Positions 1-7,210 of a stretch of 13,164 bases of DNA are shown one piece after another. This DNA comes from Pseudothermotoga sp. (GTDB lineage Bacteria > Thermotogota > Thermotogae > Thermotogales > DSM-5069), in contig JBEPZZ010000048.1 in assembly GCA_041640575.1 (NCBI GenBank), positions 1-13,164 of the forward strand. The letters run 5' to 3'. The position numbers and the translations under genes are program-made. Numbering within the stretch: the stretch's first letter is position 1; every line of letters begins with the position of its first letter. The notes below the pieces were generated by a model. It was not told where the DNA came from, made no database searches, and worked only from the letters and a program-made list of their open reading frames with translations.

Positions 1-380
1 TCTTCAAAGGAACGGCATGGAATGGTTACCAAAGCTTGACCTATATTCTTTTCAAATACACGTGCAGCCATTTCACTGTAGGCGCCATGTTCTCCTTGGA
101 AACCGATTAATTTTGTAGGATTAGCTTGTAACCTTCTACTTTCTTCAAGAATCAATTTATAGAGCTTTTTCGAAAACTCAGCGCTTATAACAAGTTCGGA
201 GGCCAAGTTTTCGACATGGGACAAAACTTTAGCCTCTCTATCAGGATCAAGAATTTGCTCTTTCATTCTACCGATCTTCATAGCTATTTCAAATCTCTCG
301 TTTAAGAGCTGTATCACCTTTGAGTCAATTGAGTCTATAATTTTTCTTAATTTTGCCAGGTTCTCATTTTTCTCATTCAT
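1..380 (-). CDS. pheA: Bifunctional chorismate mutase/prephenate dehydratase (P-protein), 5' part; runs off the window edge
   Basis: Not in the ORF track; translated by hand from ATG 380: [40 protein letters not shown]...DPDRE...LILEESRKVQ (AroQ-type chorismate mutase), then [16 protein letters not shown] (prephenate dehydratase N-terminal motif). Overlaps the aroC end by 8 nt; GGGGG SD-like run upstream. Confidence 0.93.
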   Translation of the reverse strand, partial: MNEKNENLAKLRKIIDSIDSKVIQLLNERFEIAMKIGRMKEQILDPDREAKVLSHVENLASELVISAEFSKKLYKLILEESRRLQANPTKLIGFQGEHGAYSEMAARVFEKNIGQALVTIPCRSFE

Positions 381-1374
381 ACTTTGAGTCCCCCATAATT
401 AGTTTTGAAGCTATGAAAAAATCGGCCAAGACTATTGCAGTCATTGCTTCAACTATTGGTGGAAAACGAATTGCAATGCAACAATCATGTCTTCCGGTGA
501 CTGATATGTTCACAATTTTACCATTTCTGAGATCTACTGTTTGCTGCACTTTAGAAATGCTAGCAGCAGGTCTCACTGCGATTCTGAAAACTAGATCATT
601 TCCATTCGTTATTCCACCGTTGATGCCACCAGCGTTATTTGTGATAGTTTTGCCACTGATCGATACGATAGGGTCATTGTATTCTGATCCTTTCATTCTT
701 GCACACTCAAAACCTGCACCAAATTCAATGCCTTTCACTCCTGGTATTGAAAAAATCGCGTGACTTATCATGCTTTCCACAGAATCGAAAAAAGGTTCTC
801 CTAATCCCACCGGCACATTTCGTGCAATGCATTTTAAAACTGCTCCGAGCGAATCACCTTCGCTTATAGCACGATGTAACAGTTGTTGATAATTCGTTCT
901 ATGGCCACCTATTTCTTCGATGTACGATCTTATTTTCACTGGGGCGATGATTTTTTTCGCTATAACTCCTGCTGCTACTAATCCGACGGTAATACGGCCA
1001 GAAAAATGTCCTCCACCTCTATAATCCTGAAAACCTAAATATTTCTTTTGTGCCACAAAATCAGCATGACCTGGCCTCGGTGTGTATTTAAGTTCATCAT
1101 AGTCATCTGATGAAACATTCTTGTTCATAAACTCTATCATTATTGGCGTCCCAGTTGTCTTACCTTTGAAAACACCAGACTTTATCAATGGTTCGTCAAG
1201 TTCGACCCTTGATGTTGTACCTAGCTTACCTCCTCTTCTTCTCAGTAAATCTTTCTTGAAATCCTCCACTGACAATGCTATGCCAGGAGGACAACCATCA
1301 ACAACTACTCCAACGGAGGGACCATGTGACTCACCAAAAACACAAACTTTGAAATATCTACCGAAACAATTCAT
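373..1374 (-). CDS. aroC: Chorismate synthase
   Basis: Motifs [37 protein letters not shown] and GRHD. Start placed at ATG 1374 (MNCFGR) rather than 1389 because a GGGAG SD precedes it. Confidence 0.96.
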   Translation of the reverse strand: MNCFGRYFKVCVFGESHGPSVGVVVDGCPPGIALSVEDFKKDLLRRRGGKLGTTSRVELDEPLIKSGVFKGKTTGTPIMIEFMNKNVSSDDYDELKYTPRPGHADFVAQKKYLGFQDYRGGGHFSGRITVGLVAAGVIAKKIIAPVKIRSYIEEIGGHRTNYQQLLHRAISEGDSLGAVLKCIARNVPVGLGEPFFDSVESMISHAIFSIPGVKGIEFGAGFECARMKGSEYNDPIVSISGKTITNNAGGINGGITNGNDLVFRIAVRPAASISKVQQTVDLRNGKIVNISVTGRHDCCIAIRFPPIVEAMTAIVLADFFIASKLIMGDSKYE

Positions 1375-2704
1375 CGATACTGCTCCCACCTTTTAAGGTA
1401 CATAAATCGCCTATCATCTCATAGAAATCTGGAAATGACTTTCTAACGCATGAAGCGCCTTGTATAACTATACCTTCATCGCTCTGGGTACCAAGAATCG
1501 CAGCAGCCATAGCTATACGATGGTCCATGTATGAATTGACCTTAGCAGGTTTGATTTTTCTTTTCCTCTTACCAGTTACAAAAAGCGTGCCAGCTTCGTA
1601 GCTTGCTTGAATGCCAACTTTTGAGAAAAGATCAAGCATGGCATTTACCCTATCACTTTCTTTGAATTTTAGTCTTTCAACGTTTGTTATCATACTTTTG
1701 CCTTCACAAAAGGCTGCTAAGCACATAACGGCCGGGACTAAATCTGGACAATCCTGAACGTCAACTTTAAAAGGTTTTAGGTTGTCAGCTTCATGAATCA
1801 TTATTTTGTTTTCACTTTGGCTTATATCTATCTTTACACCTATGTCCATTAGGATATCTAAGATCAACCTGTCAGCCTGTTTACTCCTTGGGTACAAATT
1901 TTTTACCGTAAAATTCTTACCACTTAGAATCCCAAGAACTAGTAAAAATGCTGCAGCAGACCAGTCGCCCTCAATTTGATAGTTGCGGTGTTTATATTTC
2001 TGATAACCATGTACGAAGAACTTCTGAAATTGAACATCATAATCTATTTGCACACCATGTTTTTCAAGTGTATCCAGCGTCATTGCGATGTATGGCTTAC
2101 TGGTTGGGTTAACAAGCATTAATTCTGAATCTCCCTCAAGCAGAGGTAAACTCATCAGTAAACCAGACACAACTTGGCTAGTAAGACTTGCATCCACCGT
2201 TCCTTTCGCTGGTTTAAGCTTTCCACTTACAATAACTGGCAACCTACCATTAGTAGTTGTTACTGATATACCGAACTGTGAAAGTTGCTCAACCATCTCG
2301 AAAGGTCTTTTTAGTAAAGATCCTCTGCCAATTATCTGAATAGAATTAACTGATGATTGATTCAAACCCACCAACGAAACCAACATTCTTGCACACAATC
2401 CAGATTCATTGCAATCAATTATCGGACTTATAGGCAAAATTCGACCATTTGTACCAGCAATCGCAATATTTAGCTTGTTAGCACCGCTTGATATTGTTCT
2501 AACATTAGCCCCGAGTTTTTCAACTATTGCCATAGATGTATATGAATCATCACAACTAGAAACGTCATTTATCACTGAAGTTCCTGAGCTTAGAAGTGCT
2601 GCGAAAACAGCCCTAATTGACATACTCTTTGATGCTGGTGCTATAAATTCTAAGTTCTTCAGGAACGATCTATCATGTTTTTTGACAAACACATATTCAA
2701 ACAT
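1358..2704 (-). CDS. aroA: EPSP synthase (3-phosphoshikimate 1-carboxyvinyltransferase)
   Basis: Motifs PASKS, RP, SQ, EGDWS, DCPDL, RLKFKESDR, DHRIAMA and KSFPDF. Start is ATG 2704 or GTG 2710; AAGGAG lies upstream of both. Confidence 0.96.
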   Translation of the reverse strand: MFEYVFVKKHDRSFLKNLEFIAPASKSMSIRAVFAALLSSGTSVINDVSSCDDSYTSMAIVEKLGANVRTISSGANKLNIAIAGTNGRILPISPIIDCNESGLCARMLVSLVGLNQSSVNSIQIIGRGSLLKRPFEMVEQLSQFGISVTTTNGRLPVIVSGKLKPAKGTVDASLTSQVVSGLLMSLPLLEGDSELMLVNPTSKPYIAMTLDTLEKHGVQIDYDVQFQKFFVHGYQKYKHRNYQIEGDWSAAAFLLVLGILSGKNFTVKNLYPRSKQADRLILDILMDIGVKIDISQSENKIMIHEADNLKPFKVDVQDCPDLVPAVMCLAAFCEGKSMITNVERLKFKESDRVNAMLDLFSKVGIQASYEAGTLFVTGKRKRKIKPAKVNSYMDHRIAMAAAILGTQSDEGIVIQGASCVRKSFPDFYEMIGDLCTLKGGSSIDELFR

Positions 2705-4046
2705 GTCCACTCAACTCCTTTTGAAGGACTGTTACTATATGCTCAAGGCTTTTGCCATCAACAGAATAGATTAAATCTGCTGTGCAAAAATACTTGTTGA
2801 TCCTTGTAAGGAGCAGACTCTTGAGTTTGTAGAGCATTTCTTCAGAAGAAGAACTTTGCAATAATGGTCTGGTGCTGGATTGTCTTAATCTTTGCGCGCA
2901 TACCTCAGGTTTACTCCAAAGCCAAATCACATGGCCTTCTTGAAGCAATTTTCTGTTCAATTCCGAGAGAATGATTCCCCCACCTGTTGAGACGACTAAA
3001 CCTTCACAGTTGGAGATTTCAGTCAGTATTTCACTTTCCATGTTCCTAAAATAAGCCTCAGAAAAACGATCAAAGATTTCTTTTATTGACATCCTTGATC
3101 TTTCCTCTATGAGTTCGTCGCTATCCAGAAAGTCCATCTTTAAAGCCTCTGCCAGAAGCTTTCCAACAGTAGATTTTCCACTTCCAGGAAGTCCAATTAG
3201 ATAAATTAGCCTCCTCTTTGTTGAAAAATTTTTATGAATCACATGCATGTATCCTTCAAGATTTCCTTCGAAACCCGTGAAAAGTCTAAACGAAGCCAGT
3301 GCTTGTCTTATCAGCCATTCTTCACCGGATATGTATGTCCCACTTTCAGGCATAATTGGAAATCTTTCCTTATAGTTTGCGTCTATAAAAACTTGTTTTT
3401 CACCAAGTCGAAAATTCTTGTTAGCAAATTGTTGTGGAATGCTAGACAAACAATTGAAGACTATATCGAACATATTAAAAGTAGTCATACAACAATCCAA
3501 CGGGAAAATCTTTATACCCATTTGCGGGAAATCTCTCGCAAGGTTATCTGCTTTTAATAAAGTTCTGTTGAAAACAAAAATTTCTATCTTCATAAGCTTC
3601 GAAAATTTGCTTAAAGCACTTAAGACACCACGTGCAGCACCACCAGCACCTAAGATAGCTACTTTGAGGCTGCTCTTGTTAACTAAATTCATTGACTTAT
3701 CGAGCAAATCATGCAGTGCCAAAATGTCCGTGTTATAGGCCTTTATTTTCTCTCCTGATAACAAGACCGTATTAATAGCTTTACTTATTTCAGCTTCACC
3801 GGAGAATTCTACTTTTGATCCATAACTCAATTTTTTTAGGAATTGATATGCTTCTTCTTTGAACGGTGCAGTAATGTTCATACCTTTTAAACCACTGTAC
3901 ATTGCAAATTCAAAAGCCTCCATAAAATCTTCACAAAAAAATCTTGAATAAGAACCACAAATTTGGCTGTGCTCGAAGAAGTTTTTGAACAGTTGAGGGC
4001 TTTTGCTGTGGTATATTGGATTGCCAACAACTATAAGTTGAACTAT
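2697..4046 (-). CDS. aroE: Fused shikimate dehydrogenase-shikimate kinase (AroE-AroK); start uncertain (ATA 4046, or readthrough from aroD)
   Basis: AroE motifs GNPIYHSKSP (upstream of the tracked ATG 3923, same frame), NITAPFKE, AINTV, YNTD, GAGGAA and NRT. C-terminal AroK motifs GLPGSGKST (P-loop), DSD, STGGG and RPLL. The frame is open from 4049, with no ATG/GTG/TTG before 3923. Confidence 0.9.
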   Translation of the reverse strand: MVQLIVVGNPIYHSKSPQLFKNFFEHSQICGSYSRFFCEDFMEAFEFAMYSGLKGMNITAPFKEEAYQFLKKLSYGSKVEFSGEAEISKAINTVLLSGEKIKAYNTDILALHDLLDKSMNLVNKSSLKVAILGAGGAARGVLSALSKFSKLMKIEIFVFNRTLLKADNLARDFPQMGIKIFPLDCCMTTFNMFDIVFNCLSSIPQQFANKNFRLGEKQVFIDANYKERFPIMPESGTYISGEEWLIRQALASFRLFTGFEGNLEGYMHVIHKNFSTKRRLIYLIGLPGSGKSTVGKLLAEALKMDFLDSDELIEERSRMSIKEIFDRFSEAYFRNMESEILTEISNCEGLVVSTGGGIILSELNRKLLQEGHVIWLWSKPEVCAQRLRQSSTRPLLQSSSSEEMLYKLKSLLLTRINKYFCTADLIYSVDGKSLEHIVTVLQKELSGHV

Positions 4047-4049
4047 ACG

Positions 4050-4730
4050 CTATCCCCCCAATCTTCTGTAGAATCGGTAAAACTCAACCGCTTGTTCGTA
4101 ATCCACCTGACCAGGTGCAGTCGCTTGAAATGCAGCAACATATGTGAATGGGCTGCCCAATAACGGAGCTGTCAACCTTACTAGCATTCCTAATTTCCCC
4201 ATACCAATTGCTATTATTTTTGGACCAGCAAGATCTAGTAGAATTTTGCAATCCTCGACATTTCTGACATTGCAAGCAATCTTGAAGTAATCTGCGCCGA
4301 GGGAAAAAGCCTTTTCTGCATAGCTTTCCAGTGTCGCTTTTTCATCTGTTCTTTCAAAGTTGTGATAAGAGATTATCAGCTGCGAACCATTACTCCTACA
4401 CAGTTTTCTGAACTTTCTAATAATTTGCTCGGGCAATTCTATTTCTATATCCAAAAAGTCTGTAGCGGATTGTACAGATTTTTCCAGAATATATAGTCTC
4501 TCATCTTCTGTGAATTTTCCAGGTCTGCAAGTAGCTATCGTTTTAAAAGTTTTCTTAGAGAAAAATTGCTCAATAATTTTCACAATCTGTTCGAAGGATA
4601 AATTTTCAAAATCTATCAAATCGATTCTCAGCTCGATAAATTCAAAGTATCGATTCATTTGTAGCAGTTGTTTGTAACTGATATTACCTATGCTCGCACA
4701 CAGTTTCCGCTCAAAGCTTTCAAAGCACAC
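4050..4730 (-). CDS. aroD: Type I 3-dehydroquinate dehydratase
   Basis: Motifs IELRID, ATCR, DIE, SYHNF, KIA (Schiff-base Lys), GMG and TAPGQ. GTG start with AGGAGG 7 nt upstream, inside the end of aroB. Confidence 0.93.
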   Translation of the reverse strand: MCFESFERKLCASIGNISYKQLLQMNRYFEFIELRIDLIDFENLSFEQIVKIIEQFFSKKTFKTIATCRPGKFTEDERLYILEKSVQSATDFLDIEIELPEQIIRKFRKLCRSNGSQLIISYHNFERTDEKATLESYAEKAFSLGADYFKIACNVRNVEDCKILLDLAGPKIIAIGMGKLGMLVRLTAPLLGSPFTYVAAFQATAPGQVDYEQAVEFYRFYRRLGG

Positions 4731-5752
4731 AACAAAGCCTCCTGAAATTGCTTTTTGTTCACCCTCACTACCTCAGATTTGCCAAATTCATTAATCTTTA
4801 CGATATCTATATCGTCAGCGTGACTTTTTTTATCGTGTGAGATTACCTTTAGAAGCTGGTTTATTTCTTCTTCAGATAAGCAAATGTTGGTAGGTAAATG
4901 CAATCTTTCGAGTAGGTTTCGCAATCTCTCAGTCAAAGTTTGTGAGGTACCAAAAAGATTTGCATTGATCATAAGCTCAGTAATCATCCCAATGCTTACT
5001 GCAAAGCCATGTTTCAACGATTTTAAAAGCTCTATTCCATGACCAACAGTATGACCAAAATTTAATAGCTTACGTATTCCCAAGTCCTGTTGATCCAATC
5101 TAACAATTGTCACTTTAACATCGATTACTTCTTTTAAAAGATCTAAAGAAAGGCTTTTTGAGTTAACAACGGGTGATCTTTCCAAAGTCTCAATTATCTT
5201 TGAATGTCCAATAACTCCATGTTTCACGATTTCTGCTATCCCGTTTCTCAACTCATCAATGGGTAACGTTTCCAATAAATCTAAGCAAAGTAATACATTC
5301 CTCGGTTGCACTATTGTGCCAACCACATTTTTGTAAAATCCGATGTTTATACCATTTTTTCCACCAATTGCTGCGTCAACCATAGCGAGCAGCGTAGTCG
5401 GAATGAATGCAAAATTCAAACCACGAAAATAAGTGGAGCCAACAAAGCCTGTAATATCGCAAATGACTCCACCACCGATACCGATAAGGGTGCAGCTCCT
5501 ATCCACATTATTTTCTAAAAGAGTTTGATATATAACTTCAATCTTCGAAAAATCTTTACTTTTTTCTCCAGGCTCAACAACAATCAAACACAAAGGTTGC
5601 AAACTTTCAAATAACTTCTTTTGTGTTTCATAAACATTTTGATCAGTTATCACACATGATTTACTGAACGATTTTCGAGCATAGTCAATCAGATCTTCCA
5701 AAGCGTTGAAAAAGATTATCTTCGATTCGAAAAGTTCAATGATATGCACCAT
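4688..5752 (-). CDS. aroB: 3-dehydroquinate synthase
   Basis: Motifs GEKSK, GGGVICD, PTTLLAMVDAAIGGKNG, LNFGHTVGH, HGFAV and DKK. Start placed at ATG 5752 (GGGTGA SD just upstream) rather than 5809. Confidence 0.96.
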   Translation of the reverse strand: MVHIIELFESKIIFFNALEDLIDYARKSFSKSCVITDQNVYETQKKLFESLQPLCLIVVEPGEKSKDFSKIEVIYQTLLENNVDRSCTLIGIGGGVICDITGFVGSTYFRGLNFAFIPTTLLAMVDAAIGGKNGINIGFYKNVVGTIVQPRNVLLCLDLLETLPIDELRNGIAEIVKHGVIGHSKIIETLERSPVVNSKSLSLDLLKEVIDVKVTIVRLDQQDLGIRKLLNFGHTVGHGIELLKSLKHGFAVSIGMITELMINANLFGTSQTLTERLRNLLERLHLPTNICLSEEEINQLLKVISHDKKSHADDIDIVKINEFGKSEVVRVNKKQFQEALLCALKALSGNCVRA

Positions 5753-5759
5753 ATCTAGT

Positions 5760-6614
5760 TCACCCTTTTTCATTTTCAGCAACCACTGGTTCCAAAGCTT
5801 TGAAATCAATACTTTGTCTGATTTTCAGCACATTCTTAACAAGAATCTCAAACTCTTCGGGAGTTATGGCCTGTTCTTTATCCGAAAGGGCATTTTTTGG
5901 ATCAACATGCACTTCAACTATTATTCCATCTGCCCCAACTGCCGCTGCTGCTTGTGCCAACGGGATTACCAATGAACTCTTGCCACAGGCATGCGAAGGA
6001 TCAACGATCACAGGAAGATGCGTTAGTTCTTTTAAGGCAGGTATGGCACTAATGTCAAGTGTATTCCTGGTGTAATTTTCAAAGGTTCTGATACCTCTCT
6101 CACACAGCACAACATTTTTGTTGCCTTCAGCCAGGATGTATTCTGCACTGTTCAAAAGATCCATCAAGGTGGACGTCATTCCTCTTTTCAAAAGTACGGG
6201 TTTACCAGCTTTCCCAACTTCCTTTAACAGCGAAAAATTTTGCATATTTCTTGCTCCTACTTGAATCATGTCAACATACTCGGCAATCCAGTACACATCC
6301 CTTGGATCCAGTACTTCTGTAATAACAGGAAGATTAGTTATTTCAGAAGCCTTCTTGAGTATCTTCAAACCCTTTAATCCGAGACCCTGAAAAGAATACG
6401 GTGATGTTCTGGGCTTAAAAACGCCCCCCCTGAGCATATGCGCGCCAGCTTTTTTAACTGCAAGAGCCGTTTGAATTGTTTGTTCCTCGCTTTCAACAGC
6501 GCAGGGGCCAGCAATGATTATAAAATCTTCACCAAATTTCAGATCTTTGACTTCGACTATCGTTTTGATCCTTGTGGCATCTTTTGTCACCAACTTAAGG
6601 TTCTTATCCAACAC
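5760..6614 (-). CDS. aroF: DAHP synthase type I-beta, with no N-terminal regulatory domain
   Basis: Motifs IAGPCAVES, KPRTSPYSFQG, GARNMQN, LKRG, CERGIR and DPSH. AGGAGG at 6623-6628 favours GTG 6614, because the tracked 6623 start overlaps the SD. Confidence 0.95.
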   Translation of the reverse strand: MLDKNLKLVTKDATRIKTIVEVKDLKFGEDFIIIAGPCAVESEEQTIQTALAVKKAGAHMLRGGVFKPRTSPYSFQGLGLKGLKILKKASEITNLPVITEVLDPRDVYWIAEYVDMIQVGARNMQNFSLLKEVGKAGKPVLLKRGMTSTLMDLLNSAEYILAEGNKNVVLCERGIRTFENYTRNTLDISAIPALKELTHLPVIVDPSHACGKSSLVIPLAQAAAAVGADGIIVEVHVDPKNALSDKEQAITPEEFEILVKNVLKIRQSIDFKALEPVVAENEKG

Positions 6615-6628
6615 ACACAACACCTCCT

Positions 6629-6671
6629 AAAAAAAAAGACCGTGAGTCCTTTTCACACTCACGGTCTTTTT
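6629..6671 (-). terminator. Intrinsic terminator (attenuator) of the aro leader
   Basis: mRNA-sense AAAAAGACCGTGAGT-GTGAAAAGG-ACTCACGGTC-T9: a perfect 10-bp stem, extendable by A-U pairs, with a 9-U tail ending directly at the aroF SD. Confidence 0.9.
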
Positions 6672-6727
6672 GCCTTCTGCCTGCGCCTTAGTTTAACACA
6701 AAAACGCAGGAGACCGTGAGTGTCTCC
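6654..6727 (-). promoter_or_regulatory. Antiterminator and competing hairpins of the aro attenuator
   Basis: mRNA ACACTCACGGTCT (6723-6711) is complementary over 13 nt to the terminator 5' arm AGACCGTGAGTGT (6667-6655). It encloses a CCTGCG/CGCAGG stem (6710-6705 with 6685-6680). A competing hairpin GGAGAC/GTCTCC (6727-6709) sequesters it. Confidence 0.8.
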
Positions 6728-6824
6728 CATTGTAATAATAAAAGTAACAAACTGAGAAAGCATCAATATTGAATTTGACAATATTTTTCGTGTAAGGATA
6801 CAAAGTGCTACTCTCTATTATCAA
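6693..6824 (-). CDS. Putative Tyr/Phe-rich attenuator leader peptide (43 aa)
   Basis: GGAGGG SD 6 nt before TTG 6824, downstream of the promoter. Peptide MIIESSTLYPYTKNIVKFNIDAFSVCYFYYYNGRHSRSPAFLC; the YFYYY codons at 6746-6732 lie just before the alternative stems. Confidence 0.78.
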   Translation of the reverse strand: MIIESSTLYPYTKNIVKFNIDAFSVCYFYYYNGRHSRSPAFLC

Positions 6825-6854
6825 GGTATTCCCTCCGTGATCTAATTTTAAAAT

Positions 6855-6883
6855 ATTATAGTTGTCATGTTCAGATTTGTCAA
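6855..6883 (-). promoter_or_regulatory. Sigma-70/sigma-A promoter of the aro operon
   Basis: Exact consensus: TTGACA (6883-6878), 17-nt spacer, TATAAT (6860-6855). Predicted +1 near 6848, upstream of the leader SD. Confidence 0.88.
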
Positions 6884-7210
6884 CAGCCATTCATGGCTGG
6901 TCATGAAATTGGCGAAAGAAAGCATTTTAGAAACCATGATCATCAAATGTGCAATTGCAATCAAGATGATTACCCTTGTGGTTTTAAGAAGTGTTAACTC
7001 ACTTCAATACCTCTTGAAAATTCCGACTCTTTGGAAGAGTTTGAAAATCTGTTAATAAACTTGACCAAGATATCGTGGTTTGTCACCTAGATTTCTTAAA
7101 ATATTAATTGAGCGCATTCCTGGGCTCCACTAGGAAAATCAACCAAGAAACAGGTTTTAATGAAAATTTAATAACGTATGACTAAATTATCGCAATGGGG
7201 GTGAACTGGT

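Noticed and set aside
4050..4052. Pyrrolysine or selenocysteine recoding of the in-frame stop
   Set aside because: Sec uses TGA, not TAG. No pyl genes are in the window, and the position is a linker rather than an active site.
353..6719. Short plus-strand ORFs and the nested 4084-4275 ORF across the aro genes
   Set aside because: Antisense or out-of-frame shadows of well-supported genes, with no motifs of their own.
6659..6763. Alternative-frame minus-strand leader ORF MLSQFVTFIITMGD...
   Set aside because: No SD and no amino-acid run relevant to the pathway.
6765..6804. AATATTG-N7-CAATATT inverted repeat, and a plus-strand TTGACA-N18-TACAAA that could be an opposing promoter
   Set aside because: AT-rich and plausible by chance, with a suboptimal -10 and spacer. 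It cannot be supported without start-site data.
6629..6850. T-box riboswitch as the aro leader mechanism
   Set aside because: No GGTGGNACC T-box motif or recognisable Stem I. An SD-led ORF with aromatic codons explains the leader better.
6693..6890. Tracked 65-aa ORF starting at ATG 6890
   Set aside because: Its start lies upstream of the -35 box, so this promoter would not transcribe it. Only the part from TTG 6824 has an SD.
6867..7090. Small plus-strand ORFs: the tracked 62-aa ORF and a His/Cys-rich 34-aa ORF (MAGHEIGERKHFRNHDHQMCNCNQDDYPCGFKKC)
   Set aside because: No SD and no recognisable family, and they overlap or adjoin the aro promoter. A gene remnant is possible but unsupported.
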